A stretch of DNA of 64,000 nucleotides from an uncultured Chloroflexia bacterium (GTDB lineage Bacteria; Chloroflexota; Limnocylindria; Limnocylindrales; CSP1-4). The position numbers and the translations under genes are program-made. A model generated the notes under the pieces. The model ran no database searches. It was not told where the DNA came from and saw only the letters and a program-made list of their open reading frames with translations. Every line of letters begins with the position of its first letter. Position 1 is the stretch's first letter. This document shows, piece after piece, positions 30,201-40,682 of the stretch. The stretch is taken from positions 416,001 through 480,000 of the forward strand of contig CAWEZH010000002.1 of the NCBI GenBank assembly GCA_963813535.1. Direction: 5' to 3'.

Positions 30201-31498
30201 CCACTGGGATCGGCGACGGCCATCCGGCGCACGGCCCCGCAGCGATGGTCGCGCGCACCGTAGCCCGGGCGCGCGCCCCGCTCTACGCGAACGCTCTGGT
30301 GCTCATGGGCAATTCGGGCGTCACGGCTGGCCTCGGGTTTGTATTCTGGACGCTGGCCGCGCGCCTTTACCCCCCGGCCGAGGTTGGGCTCGCGTCCGCG
30401 GCCATCTCCGCCGCGCTGTTCCTGGCGACCCTCGCGATGCTCGGACTGCCGTATGCTCTCGTCCGGTTCTCTCCGTCGGCCGGAGCTGATCGCGCCGTCC
30501 TCACCTCGACCGTCCTCCTGGTCGTGACTGCGGCGAGCGCAGTCGCCGGTGGCATCTTCATGGCGGCCGTTGACGCGTGGGCGCCCGCCCTGAACGGACT
30601 CGCCCCCCGCCCCCCACTCGCGGCCGGAGTCATCACACTTGCCGCTCTGACCGGAGCAGCCGGGATGCTCGTTTTTGTGGCCGTCAGCGCTCGTGACGCC
30701 CGTCCGGCCCTCGCGGGCGGCGTGACACAGGGCGTTGTGAAGTGTGCACTGATCCTCGCGTTTGCGCTTTCGCTCCCGCGCCTTGGCTTCGAATTGCTTG
30801 TCGCCTGGTTGCTCGGCACGGCCGCGGCGGTCCTGCTTGAGGTCTGGCTGATGCGAGCGCTGATCGCGCCGCGAGTCGACCTACGCCTTCTAGGGCTCGG
30901 CTTCATGCACTATTCCGCCGGCAACTACGTCGGCGACCTTGCCTGGGCTGCTCCCGGGCTGCTCTTTCCATTGCTCGTTGTCGGGCAGTTGGGCGCGGAG
31001 GCGAACGCGTACTTCTACGTGGCTTGGGCGATCGCAACCTTGCTCGTCGGAATCGCGTACGCGGTGGCGAGTTCCCTCCTGGCGGAGGGAAGCCACGCTC
31101 GAGGCGATCCGGGCGAGCACATCCCCCGCGCGTTCGGCTTGACTCTGGCGCTCGTGGTACCCGCGATCGGGCTGTGCTGGATCGGCGCGCCGCTGCTGCT
31201 GAGCCTATTCGGCACCCGGTACGCGGCAAACGGAGTCGACACGCTGCGCCTGCTAAGCCTTGCCGCGCTGCCCACGAGTCTCAACATCCTGCACCTCACC
31301 GTGGCTCGCGTGGACCGCGCCACTTGGCGGATCCTGGGTATCACGGCGGCAACGGGCGGCGGCGCTCTACTCCTGGGCGCCGCGCTCGCCTCAGTGCAGG
31401 GCGTGACGGGGATCGCGCTCGGGTACTTGGCCGCGCAGACGGCGGTTGCGAGCGTTCTGACCACCGAATGGTGGCTGCGCCGAGGAGCACGGTCCTGA
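30197..31498 (+). CDS. Oligosaccharide flippase / polysaccharide biosynthesis protein (Wzx-like MOP family)
   Basis: GLGFVFWTLAARLYPPAEVG and AYFYVAW motifs; about 12 TM segments. Confidence 0.85.
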   Translation: MTTGIGDGHPAHGPAAMVARTVARARAPLYANALVLMGNSGVTAGLGFVFWTLAARLYPPAEVGLASAAISAALFLATLAMLGLPYALVRFSPSAGADRAVLTSTVLLVVTAASAVAGGIFMAAVDAWAPALNGLAPRPPLAAGVITLAALTGAAGMLVFVAVSARDARPALAGGVTQGVVKCALILAFALSLPRLGFELLVAWLLGTAAAVLLEVWLMRALIAPRVDLRLLGLGFMHYSAGNYVGDLAWAAPGLLFPLLVVGQLGAEANAYFYVAWAIATLLVGIAYAVASSLLAEGSHARGDPGEHIPRAFGLTLALVVPAIGLCWIGAPLLLSLFGTRYAANGVDTLRLLSLAALPTSLNILHLTVARVDRATWRILGITAATGGGALLLGAALASVQGVTGIALGYLAAQTAVASVLTTEWWLRRGARS

Positions 31499-31575
31499 CT
31501 GACAGGCCGTGATCGCTCGACTTGCATGGATGACGTGGCTGCGCGGCGCGGCCGCCGTTCGTGTGGCGGGTCGTG

Positions 31576-33195
31576 TCATCGACCGATGGTGGCTGCCGGT
31601 CGCTGGCGATAAAGTTGTGCATCACCGTTGTCGTACAGGAGGTTCCTGGATCCCAGTTGGGGGAATGTCATCCCGAGGCGGGCACTCTGAAGGCGGATCG
31701 CATCAGATACGAGGAACGACGATATGTCTGGTGTCGGATCGAGGGTGGCCAGGTGGTCCGTGCCGACCGGGTAACCGACCAGCATCAGATAGGCGGCCGC
31801 CAGCCGTTCGTCGGGCCCGACCCACGTGTCCTTGCTAAGTCCATGAGCGTCTGCCCAGCGTAATCCCTGGATCTCCGCTGTCGTGTAGAACATCCACTTG
31901 TGGCTGACCGCCGGGTCGAGCGTGGACTTGATCAGCGCGCCGACCGTCGCCAACGCGATGGCGGCCATCGCAACCTTCCGCGGCCATGGGCGCGGATGCC
32001 ACGCGCTCAGCGCGACCGCGACGAGCGGAGCGGCCACGGTGGCAAAGACGGCGAACGCGCGGTATTGGACGTTGCCCTGCAGTGCCCCGGTTCGGTCGCT
32101 GAAGATGCTCACTGCCCCCTGGAGCGCGAACGCCGCGTAGAGAAGCCACAACACCCAGATTCCTATCGAGGCCGGACTACCGTCGCGAAGCCACGACCAA
32201 CCGAGCCGGAGCCAGATGAAAGCGGATGAAGCGAGGATCAGGAAATTCGTCATGCTCAGGAGCAGGAAGACGACCGGGCTCACCCAAGCCGTCAATGAGT
32301 AGGCGTAGGGATCGAAGGTCGGGCCGCCGCTCAGGATGAGGGCCAAGAGCGTCCCGGGGATCGCGAGGAGCGCGCGGAGAGTCTGGGCGAATGGCGGATA
32401 CAGGAACAGGATGAAGACAGCGAGCAGTAGCGCTCCACCAGCGGTCGCCCAGCGCATCAGGCGGGTCGTCTCGATTGCGTGTCGTCGCACGCTGGTCGGT
32501 CCGCGGCCGGCGAGCCAGGATATTGCGAGCGCGGTGCCGAGGGCCAAGACGAACGACATCCCGAACAGGCCGTTTGTGGCGATGAGTCCGTAGGTCGCCA
32601 ACAGCACAAGTAGGATGTGAACGGCGGATCTCGCTGGATCGCCACGGAAGTGCAGGCTCCTGACAAGCAGCCATAGGGCGGTCAGGAGGAAGATCCGATC
32701 CAGGCGCTCGTGGCTTCCACGGAACATTGCGAACAGGTGTTCGGGCACGAGCAGGAGCAGCAGCGTCGCCAAGCTCGCTGTTCGACCGCTCCCCGTCAAC
32801 TCGCGATAGAGGGTCCACGCAGGAAGAACGACGATCGATGACACGACGGGATACGCGATCTGCTGGAGATTCTCGATGGTGAGCCCTGTAAATGCCAGGA
32901 TCGCCATCGAGACGGCTTGATATCCGTACCCGTTCCCGTATACCCCGCGGACCTCCGGTGCCAGCTGATTGCTGTTCGCGACGACGCGGATGGCTTCAGC
33001 CATGAGGCCCGAATCCGACTCCGCCCACCGCCCCTCGTAACGGACGATGAAGTAGACCCCCATGACGAGAGCCAGGCCGAGGAGCGCGAGCACTTCCTCG
33101 CGGGGTCGGCCATCTCGGATACCAGCGGCAGGGATCCCCTCAGGCCGTGCCCTGTGACCCGTCGTCGAGAGAGTCGACCCCGCGTCAGCCGTCAC
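31576..33195 (-). CDS. Polytopic membrane protein, probable GT-C/Wzy-like glycan polymerase or transferase
   Basis: About 12 TM segments, an acidic ESD motif after the first TM, a C-terminal soluble domain ending LLYDNGDAQLY; glycan cluster context. Confidence 0.6.
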   Translation of the reverse strand: MTADAGSTLSTTGHRARPEGIPAAGIRDGRPREEVLALLGLALVMGVYFIVRYEGRWAESDSGLMAEAIRVVANSNQLAPEVRGVYGNGYGYQAVSMAILAFTGLTIENLQQIAYPVVSSIVVLPAWTLYRELTGSGRTASLATLLLLLVPEHLFAMFRGSHERLDRIFLLTALWLLVRSLHFRGDPARSAVHILLVLLATYGLIATNGLFGMSFVLALGTALAISWLAGRGPTSVRRHAIETTRLMRWATAGGALLLAVFILFLYPPFAQTLRALLAIPGTLLALILSGGPTFDPYAYSLTAWVSPVVFLLLSMTNFLILASSAFIWLRLGWSWLRDGSPASIGIWVLWLLYAAFALQGAVSIFSDRTGALQGNVQYRAFAVFATVAAPLVAVALSAWHPRPWPRKVAMAAIALATVGALIKSTLDPAVSHKWMFYTTAEIQGLRWADAHGLSKDTWVGPDERLAAAYLMLVGYPVGTDHLATLDPTPDISSFLVSDAIRLQSARLGMTFPQLGSRNLLYDNGDAQLYRQRPAATIGR

Positions 33196-33514
33196 CCGCG
33201 ACCTCGTCAGGACTTACCATCGGGGACTTCGTCTGACGCCAGAGCTGCGACGCGATCGTGGCGGCCATGATGGCGCCGATCGCGAGCAGGACGGCCGCGC
33301 CGACCGGCAGGTCTGGAGGAACGGCGTGGGCCGCGAGCACTCCGCCCGTCCCATCCGTCCTTTCCCCGGGATCCCGACCGGCGATGAATGTCACGCTTGG
33401 TGAATGCGCGTCGGCGTTCCCCCGATAGTGTACTGAGGCCGACAGTCCGACTGCCTCCTTGTTAGCAAGCAGGAAAACGCCGATCACCAAGGCTATGAGG
33501 GCGAGTGTCCTCAT
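33185..33514 (-). CDS. Small protein with an N-terminal signal/TM and a C-terminal TM followed by basic residues
   Basis: MRTLALIALVIGVFLLA...VPPDLPVGAAVLLAIGAIMAATIASQLWRQTK; GGGAG upstream. Confidence 0.45.
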   Translation of the reverse strand: MRTLALIALVIGVFLLANKEAVGLSASVHYRGNADAHSPSVTFIAGRDPGERTDGTGGVLAAHAVPPDLPVGAAVLLAIGAIMAATIASQLWRQTKSPMVSPDEVAGDG

Positions 33515-33561
33515 GCGGGGCCGCTCCCACCCGCCATCCCTCTCACCCACGGCAGCGGACT

Positions 33562-34659
33562 TCACGGGCCTCCCGAAGTCTCGGCGCGTGCGTGCCTGCG
33601 GCGAGCGGATGTAGCCCTCTGGGACCCTATGGACTGCCAGCGCAGGGTGTCGTCGAGCCGGCCTTGGGACCGGAGCCGCTGGATCTGGGCGATGCGCTGG
33701 TAGCGCGGCCCCTGGAATTGGGCGAGCGTGAGGCCCTCAATTCGATAGGCGTCGGCAAGTTCACGGATGCCGTCGCGGGCGGTCCAGCGCGTCCGAAATC
33801 CGAGCTCCCGTTCGATACGGTCGCAGTCGACGCGGTAGTTTCGGGCGTCCGATGAAACGTCCATTTCGAATTCCACAGCGCAGCCGGGAATCAATTCCGC
33901 CACGAGCCCGGCCAGGTCTCGGATCAGGTAATTCCCCGTAGTCGAGCCGACGTTGAACGCCCGGTCGTGGGCGGGCTCGATCGGTCCGCGCAGGACCACC
34001 CGGACGGCTCGCGCGATGTCCTCGACGTGGACGAGCGGGCGCCAGGCGAGGCCGTCGCTCTGCAAGCGGACACGACCGGTCGTGGTCGCCCACGCGACGA
34101 GGTTGTTCAGGACCACATCGAGGCGCAACCGCGGCGACACGCCGTACGCGGTTGCGTTGCGCAGGTAAGTCGGGCTGAATGTGTCGTCCGCGAGGGTCGA
34201 AAGGTCGCGTTCCGTAAGGACCTTGGAGCGCCCGTAGGGCGTCACGGGTCGCAGATCCGCGTCCTCCGTAAGCAGGTCCTCCCCACCGGATGCGCCGTAG
34301 TTGCTGCAGGACGAGGAGAAGACGAAGCGTCGCACGCCCGCCGCCTTGGCGGCCGCCGCGAGGCGGATAGACGCCTCATGATTGATGGCAATCGTCAGGG
34401 CCGGATCAAGGTCACCGAGCGGGTCGTTCGAGAGCGCCGCAAGGTGGACGACGGCGTCGAACCCGAGTAGATCGGGCGAGGCGACGTCCCGGATGTCTTT
34501 CGCGATCACGGGAACCGTGGGGAGAGCATCGGGATCTCCGAACGTGCACTCTCGGTATAGGTCGCTGTCCAGCCCGACGACGTCAAAGCCGTCCGCGTGG
34601 AGAACGCGGGTGACGACGACGCCGAGATAGCCGAGGTGGCCGGTCACGAGGACTCTCAC
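33562..34659 (-). CDS. NAD-dependent epimerase/dehydratase (extended SDR)
   Basis: [35 protein letters not shown] and LRNATAYG motifs. Confidence 0.92.
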   Translation of the reverse strand: MRVLVTGHLGYLGVVVTRVLHADGFDVVGLDSDLYRECTFGDPDALPTVPVIAKDIRDVASPDLLGFDAVVHLAALSNDPLGDLDPALTIAINHEASIRLAAAAKAAGVRRFVFSSSCSNYGASGGEDLLTEDADLRPVTPYGRSKVLTERDLSTLADDTFSPTYLRNATAYGVSPRLRLDVVLNNLVAWATTTGRVRLQSDGLAWRPLVHVEDIARAVRVVLRGPIEPAHDRAFNVGSTTGNYLIRDLAGLVAELIPGCAVEFEMDVSSDARNYRVDCDRIERELGFRTRWTARDGIRELADAYRIEGLTLAQFQGPRYQRIAQIQRLRSQGRLDDTLRWQSIGSQRATSARRRHARAETSGGP

Positions 34660-34819
34660 GCTATCTCCAGGACTCTGTGGGACCCGATGCCGACAGCGTA
34701 CACTCGGGCCAACGTCGGAGGTGCCGCTCCGATCGACAGGTGAACAGACCGCGTGAAGCAGAGAACAGACGAGGCGTGCTTCGGAGATTGAGGGCGACCA
34801 ACCGCGGAACCGGACGGTC

Positions 34820-35812
34820 GTGACGCAAGGCGTCGCTGAGGAATCGACGCCGGTTCGGCGCCCATTCCGGTTCATCGCATCGATGCCGACTCTCGAGCAG
34901 CCGCCGCTGCTTTGGCGCGAGGCGGTCCGACGGCTGGAGGCAACCGGCTTCGCGTCGGTAGCGATCTCAGATCACCTGACTCGCGGCTGGGCGATGGATC
35001 CGCTGGTCACGATGATGGCGGCCGCGGACGCGAGCGACCGGATGCGGGTGCTTTCGCTCGTGTTGTCCAACGACTACCGGCATCCGGCGCTTGTTCACAA
35101 GTCGATCGCTACGATCGATGTTCTGTCCGGCGGGCGGGCGGAACTCGGCCTCGGGGCGGGCTGGCTCGCCGGCGACTACGACGCGATCGGGTTGCCATTC
35201 GACCGACCCGATGTGCGAATCGCGCGGCTCGAGGAGTCCGTTCGACTGGTCAAGTGGATGTTTGCGGCCGAGGAACCTGTCTCCTTCGAAGGGACCTACT
35301 ACCGGCTCCACGAATTCGAGAGCCTCCCCAAGACGGTGCAGCGTCCTCGTCCGCCCGTCCTGATCGGCGGAGGCGGAAAAGCCATCTTGTCGTTGGCTGG
35401 CCGTGAGGCCGACATCGTCGGGGTGAATGCGTCGCTTGGGCCCGGCGCGAGGCGGGCCTCGGGCGTTGTCGGCCTCACCGCCGCGGCCGTGGAAGAGAAG
35501 CTTGGGTGGGTCTGGGCTGCGGCCATTACGACCGGCCGTACCCCCGTGGAGCTCGAGTTCCAGGTCAGCGTCCTGGAGGTCCACATCACGGACTCGAGAT
35601 CGGAGGCAGGCCGCATGCTCGACTCCTTGAGCGACGATCTCGGGCTTCGGCGGCAGACGGTCGAGACATCACCAGCCGTCCTTGTCGGTAGTCTCGAGCG
35701 ATGCTGCGAGCTCCTCGAGGAGCGCCGGGAAAGGTTCGGCTTCAGCTACATCAAGCTCAGCTCGGACGCTGCTGCATCCGCGCTGTTGGTTGCGCGGCTG
35801 GCCGGACGCTGA
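34820..35812 (+). CDS. LLM-class F420-dependent oxidoreductase (TIGR03621-like)
   Basis: [38 protein letters not shown] and [10 protein letters not shown] motifs. Confidence 0.88.
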   Translation: MTQGVAEESTPVRRPFRFIASMPTLEQPPLLWREAVRRLEATGFASVAISDHLTRGWAMDPLVTMMAAADASDRMRVLSLVLSNDYRHPALVHKSIATIDVLSGGRAELGLGAGWLAGDYDAIGLPFDRPDVRIARLEESVRLVKWMFAAEEPVSFEGTYYRLHEFESLPKTVQRPRPPVLIGGGGKAILSLAGREADIVGVNASLGPGARRASGVVGLTAAAVEEKLGWVWAAAITTGRTPVELEFQVSVLEVHITDSRSEAGRMLDSLSDDLGLRRQTVETSPAVLVGSLERCCELLEERRERFGFSYIKLSSDAAASALLVARLAGR

Positions 35813-35815
35813 TCC

Positions 35816-37084
35816 TCACTTTGCCGGCAGCACCGTAAGTCGCGGAACGGGTACCACGAATCGACCATCCCAGGACTGGATGTCCGTCAGCTGTCCGATG
35901 ACCTCATCCTGGATGTCCCAGGTCAGGATGAGCACGAACGCCGGCCGCGTCTCGAGGATCCGCTGTGGATGGTGTATCGGCAGGCCGGATCCCGGCAGAA
36001 ATCGGCCTTGCTTGAGTGGCGACCGATCGACGGTGTAGGCCACGAGATCCGTTGTGATGCCGCAGAAGTTGAGGAGCGTATTGCCGCGCGACGGCGCTCC
36101 ATACGCCACAACGCTGTCGCCACGCGAGCGGCAGGACGTCAAGAAGGCCACCAACTCGTCGCGCAGGGCCGAAACGCTCGCGGCGAAAGCAGCATATGCC
36201 GGCGGCCGAGAAAGCCCAGCGTGGCGCTCGCTCGCGAGCGTTGTGGCGACCGCCTTGGTCGCCGGGTGTGTCGAATCCCCGATGCGGGCGACGAACACCC
36301 TGAGAGTACCCCCGTAGACCGGCTGTGCCTCCACGTCGAACACGGCGAGGCCGTGGCGCTCGAGCAGGCCACGAGCGGAGATGAGCCCAAGGTAGGAGAA
36401 ATGACCGTGCCTGAAGGCGTCGAACCGCTGATCGGCCACGAGCGGCAGCAGGTGATCGAACTCCAACACCGCGACACCCCCTGGCCGGAGGATGAGCCGA
36501 AGGCCCGCCGCAAAGTCGGCCGGGTCGCTTACGTGGGCGAGAAGGTAGTTGTCGATTAGGAGGTCTGCCGGACCGCCGTTCGTGACGAGCTCCCGGGCAG
36601 TGGCAAGCCCGAACGGTCGGCCGAGAACCTGGTACCCGTCCCGCTGGGCCGCCTCGGCCAGAGGCGGGGACCCCTCGACGATGAGGCTTCGGACGCCCCG
36701 TTCGGCGAGAAACGGGTGCAAGTACGTACCGTGGCTGGCCAGCTCCACGACGCGATGGTCGTCCGCGCGCAACGGATGGCGCGCCAGCACGTCGTCGACG
36801 AACCGCTGCGCGTGTGTGCGCATCGTCTCGGAGAGCTCGTACGCTGGCGGGCCGGGCAGGGCACGCTCCGCTGGCCCAGAATCGTCGAGCTGGACGAGCG
36901 AGCAGAGATCACAAATGAAGACGTGCAGCGGCCAGCGGGGCTGGAGGCTGACATTCTCGGCGGAATCCGGGAATGTGTTGGCCTCAGGATGCGACCCCAG
37001 ATCCAGGATCTCAGTCAGCGGCTGATGTCCGCACGAGCGGCAGGCGGTCGCAACCGGGAGTGATCTGGGATCTACTCGACTCAC
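35816..37084 (-). CDS. NDP-hexose C-methyltransferase family protein (Zn-binding Methyltransf_13 plus Methyltransf_14)
   Basis: CRSCG..CDLCSLVQL, HGHFSY, YGAPSRGNTLLN, KQGRFLPG and LILTW motifs. Confidence 0.88.
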   Translation of the reverse strand: MSRVDPRSLPVATACRSCGHQPLTEILDLGSHPEANTFPDSAENVSLQPRWPLHVFICDLCSLVQLDDSGPAERALPGPPAYELSETMRTHAQRFVDDVLARHPLRADDHRVVELASHGTYLHPFLAERGVRSLIVEGSPPLAEAAQRDGYQVLGRPFGLATARELVTNGGPADLLIDNYLLAHVSDPADFAAGLRLILRPGGVAVLEFDHLLPLVADQRFDAFRHGHFSYLGLISARGLLERHGLAVFDVEAQPVYGGTLRVFVARIGDSTHPATKAVATTLASERHAGLSRPPAYAAFAASVSALRDELVAFLTSCRSRGDSVVAYGAPSRGNTLLNFCGITTDLVAYTVDRSPLKQGRFLPGSGLPIHHPQRILETRPAFVLILTWDIQDEVIGQLTDIQSWDGRFVVPVPRLTVLPAK

Positions 37085-37545
37085 CGGTGGTGGAGTGACC
37101 AGTCGTAGGGGATCGCCGGTCCGAACGGGTCGAGTCGTTCGGTCAGCGTCGGATCGTGCGGGTGTGTGGCGCAATTCGCGACGATCGACACATCAGCCAT
37201 GCCCTTGAGACCCGTCCAGATCCCGGGCTGGACTATAGCCAGCGAGTAGTCATCCGGCCCAAGGAAGCGTTCGATCAGAGCGCCTTTCGTCGGAGAGCCT
37301 TCGCGATCATCGTGGAGAACGAGCTTGACCCGCCCCCAGATGCACGCGTAGTTGAGAGTCATCTGGCGATGCCGGTGCCAGCCTTTGATGACGTCGCGAT
37401 AGATCGACGTGAAGTAGATCTCACCGAACTCCCGGAAATGAGGGTCCGTCCGGCGGAGCATGTGGTAGATCGTCCCGCGCTCGTCCGGGATCCGGTCGAG
37501 AGGAACGAACTCGACTCCGTCGATTCGCGCAGCATCTTGGTTCAT
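37081..37545 (-). CDS. dTDP/CDP-4-dehydro-6-deoxyglucose 3,5-epimerase family (RmlC-like cupin)
   Basis: PDERG, FGEIYF, IKGWHRH and PGIWTG motifs. Confidence 0.85.
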   Translation of the reverse strand: MNQDAARIDGVEFVPLDRIPDERGTIYHMLRRTDPHFREFGEIYFTSIYRDVIKGWHRHRQMTLNYACIWGRVKLVLHDDREGSPTKGALIERFLGPDDYSLAIVQPGIWTGLKGMADVSIVANCATHPHDPTLTERLDPFGPAIPYDWSLHHR

Positions 37546-37761
37546 GGACCGCGACTCCATCGAGCGACTGGGCGCGGGCGTAGACGGTGAACGCCGGCAC
37601 CCACCCTGGACGCTAACGTGCTGCATCGTGCGCGCCGATGGAGCAGACTGTCCAACCAAAGCCGATCTGAATGATGCACGTCGCGCTCCGTCGCTTTTCG
37701 GAGTCCCGACGAGCGCGCATCTGGCCCGGGCGTTCCGCGAGCACCGGATACGAATGGCACG

Positions 37762-39033
37762 ATGCTCAGCCACGCATTGACGCAAGACGAACCGGACCTC
37801 AAAGCCGCACGGCGGGCGTGCCGGTTTTGCGGTCAGCCCCTGGATCGGGTCGTCATCGACCTCGGTATGTCGCCGCTGTGCGAGGCGTTCCTACGGCCAG
37901 CCCAGCTCGACGCGATGGAGCCCTACTACCCACTCCGAGTCTTCCTTTGCGACTCCTGCTTGCTTGTCCAGCTCGTCGACTACGTGACACCGGAGCAGAT
38001 CTTCAGCGAGTACGCTTACTTCTCTTCGTACTCGGACTCATGGCTCGCCCACGCTGGTCGCTTCGCTCGATCGATGGTCGACCAGCTGCCCCTCGACGAA
38101 ACGAGCCTCGTCATCGAACTTGGCAGCAACGATGGGTATCTCCTCCGTCACTTCGTTTCCGCCGGGATCCCGGTGCTCGGGATCGAGCCCGCCGCGAACG
38201 TCGCCATAACGGCACGGAACGCGGGGATCGACACGATCGGCCGGTTCTTCGGGGTCGAGATGGGTCGCGAGCTGGCCGAGAGCGGCCGACGCGCAGACCT
38301 GCTCGTCGCGAATAACGTCCTAGCCCAGGTTCCTGCCCTCAACGATTTCGTCGCCGGGGCGCGGATACTCCTAAAACCAGATGGATTGCTCACGATCGAA
38401 TGCCCGCACGTGCTTCGCCTTCTCGAGGAGAACCAGTTCGACACCATCTACCATGAGCACTTCTCATACTTCTCGCTCCTCTCGGCGAGGAGGATCCTCG
38501 CCGCCCATGGCCTGGTCATCGTCGACGTCGAGGAACTTCCCACGCACGGTGGCTCGCTGCGCCTCCATGTCCGGCACGCCGACCTCGGTGTCCCTCCCGC
38601 GCCGGCGGTCGAGGCGCTGGCAGAGCGGGAGCGGCAGGCCCACCTCGACAGCCCGGCAGGATATGTCGGCCTGGCGCCGCGTGTGGAGGAAGCGAAGCGA
38701 GATGTACTCGCCTTCCTGATCGACGCTGGTCGGCGGGGACTCTCCATCGTGGGCTACGGTGCTCCGGGCAAAGCGAATACGTTCCTGAACTACTGCGGGA
38801 TCCGGACCGATCTCGTCGACTACATCGTCGACCGCAACCCTTACAAGCACGGCAGGTTCACGCCCGGGACCCATATCCCGATCTATCCTCCCGAGCGCAT
38901 CCGCGAGACGCGGCCCGACTTCGTCTGGATCCTGCCCTGGAATCTCAGGAGCGAGATCGCCGACCAGCTCGCCGACGTCCGGACGTGGGGCTGTCGCCTG
39001 TTGGTCGCGATCCCCAGATTGGAGATCTTCTGA
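37762..39033 (+). CDS. NDP-hexose C-methyltransferase
   Basis: CRFCG..CDSCLLVQL, YAYFSSYS, ELGSNDGYLL, FDTIYHEHFSY, GYGAPGKANT and ILPWNL motifs. Confidence 0.93.
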   Translation: MLSHALTQDEPDLKAARRACRFCGQPLDRVVIDLGMSPLCEAFLRPAQLDAMEPYYPLRVFLCDSCLLVQLVDYVTPEQIFSEYAYFSSYSDSWLAHAGRFARSMVDQLPLDETSLVIELGSNDGYLLRHFVSAGIPVLGIEPAANVAITARNAGIDTIGRFFGVEMGRELAESGRRADLLVANNVLAQVPALNDFVAGARILLKPDGLLTIECPHVLRLLEENQFDTIYHEHFSYFSLLSARRILAAHGLVIVDVEELPTHGGSLRLHVRHADLGVPPAPAVEALAERERQAHLDSPAGYVGLAPRVEEAKRDVLAFLIDAGRRGLSIVGYGAPGKANTFLNYCGIRTDLVDYIVDRNPYKHGRFTPGTHIPIYPPERIRETRPDFVWILPWNLRSEIADQLADVRTWGCRLLVAIPRLEIF

Positions 39034-39827
39034 TGAAGGTCATCCTCTTTTGCGGTGGCCAAGGCCTCCGGCTGCGGGAGCTCACTCAGAGCGTCCCGAA
39101 GCCGATGGCCACGATCGGCCTTCGGCCGGTCCTCTGGCACGTCATGCGCTACTACGCCCACTTCGGTCACAGCGACTTCGTGCTATGCCTCGGCTACCGC
39201 GGCGATGTCATCAAGGATTACTTCCTGCATTACGACGAAGCCGTGTCGAACGACTTCATCCTCTCCGAGGGCGGCCGATCGATCGAGCTGCTAAACACAG
39301 ACATCGAGGACTGGCGGATCGCGTTCGTCGACACGGGCCCCGAGTCGAACATCGGTCAGAGGCTTCTGGCGGTCAAACCGCATGTGACCAACGAGCCGAT
39401 CTTCCTGGCGAACTACGCCGACGGGCTGACGGACGCTCAGCTCAGTCGCCTCATCGACGATTTTTCCCGTCGCGACAAGATCGCCGGCTTCGTTTCCGTC
39501 CGTCCGCCACAGACGTTTCACGTCCTCTCGACCACGGCGGACGGAGAGGTCGAGGCCATCACCCACGTCCGGGAATCGGACATCTGGATGAACGGCGGGT
39601 ATTTCATGTTCCGGAATGCGATCTTCGACTACATCCAGGCCGGTGAGGAGCTCGTCGAACAACCCTTCCAGCGCCTAATCTCGGAGGGGCAGCTCATCGC
39701 CTATCGGCACGAGGGTTTCTGGCGTGCGATGGACACGCTGAAGGAGATGCAGGAGCTGGAAGCCCTCTACGAGGCGGGACGGCCACCATGGGCCGTCTGG
39801 CAGCGCCGTGACCAGGACCCACAGTGA
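39033..39827 (+). CDS. rfbF: Glucose-1-phosphate cytidylyltransferase
   Basis: ILFCGGQGLRL, PKPM, LCLGYRG, VDTG, NYADGL, NGGYF and FWRAMDTLKE motifs. Confidence 0.9.
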   Translation: MKVILFCGGQGLRLRELTQSVPKPMATIGLRPVLWHVMRYYAHFGHSDFVLCLGYRGDVIKDYFLHYDEAVSNDFILSEGGRSIELLNTDIEDWRIAFVDTGPESNIGQRLLAVKPHVTNEPIFLANYADGLTDAQLSRLIDDFSRRDKIAGFVSVRPPQTFHVLSTTADGEVEAITHVRESDIWMNGGYFMFRNAIFDYIQAGEELVEQPFQRLISEGQLIAYRHEGFWRAMDTLKEMQELEALYEAGRPPWAVWQRRDQDPQ

Positions 39828-39831
39828 TCGG

Positions 39832-40491
39832 ATGGCGTCGGTGCTCCCGCTAAACCTAACGTCGCGCACGGGTGGGCTGAACCTCCTTGCCGTCGGGGCT
39901 CACTCCGACGACATCGAGATCGGATGCGGGGGGACGATCCTACGACTTGCCTCTGAAGGCCTGATTGCGTCCGTGCGCTGGGTCGTCCTAAGCGCGACGG
40001 GTGAGCGTGAGGCAGAGGCCCGGAAGGGGGCGGAGACGTTCCTTGCAGGAATCCAGGGGGTCGAGGTGCTGATCGCCGGCTTCCGCGACGGGTACTTCCC
40101 GTACCTGGGCGGGGCGGTGAAGGATTTCTTCGAGGACCAGCGTGACTCCTTTACACCGAACCTGATCCTGACCCATCGACGCGACGACCTGCACCAGGAT
40201 CACCGCCTCGTGGGGGAGCTCACTTGGAATACGTACCGGAAGCACCTGATCCTCGAGTACGAGATCCCGAAGTACGACGGTGATATGGCCTCGCCAAATC
40301 TGTACGTCGAGCTTCCCGAGGAGACCTGCGAGCGCAAGATCGAGATCGTCACGACGACCTTCCGGACTCAAGCCTCGCGGGGCTGGTTCGATCCTGATGC
40401 GTTCCGAGCGGTCATGCGCCTCCGTGGGATGGAGTCCAACGCGAGCAGTCGGTTCGCTGAGGGCTTCACCTGCCGGAAGGCCGTGATCTGA
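39832..40491 (+). CDS. PIG-L/LmbE family deacetylase
   Basis: GAHSDDIEIGCGG, HQDH and YEIPKYDGD motifs. Confidence 0.92.
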   Translation: MASVLPLNLTSRTGGLNLLAVGAHSDDIEIGCGGTILRLASEGLIASVRWVVLSATGEREAEARKGAETFLAGIQGVEVLIAGFRDGYFPYLGGAVKDFFEDQRDSFTPNLILTHRRDDLHQDHRLVGELTWNTYRKHLILEYEIPKYDGDMASPNLYVELPEETCERKIEIVTTTFRTQASRGWFDPDAFRAVMRLRGMESNASSRFAEGFTCRKAVI

Positions 40492-40682
40492 CCTTTCGCC
40501 TCGCTCTCGAGTGATTCAGATGGGGAGGGGTAGGGGTCAGGAACGCTATTGGGTCGTTGGGGGACGGCCGAAGCCCTCTCCGACCTGCCGGTGGTTCCAG
40601 ACGGCGAGGTGCGAGACCCAGTGAGTCGAGCCCGCCACGGGTGACGTCGCGCGAAGCTCCGAGTTGCCGCGCCTGAGCGGCC

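Noticed and set aside
15888-40676. GCGCCTGA at both island edges as att-like direct repeats
   Set aside because: Only 8 bp in about 70% GC DNA, expected by chance
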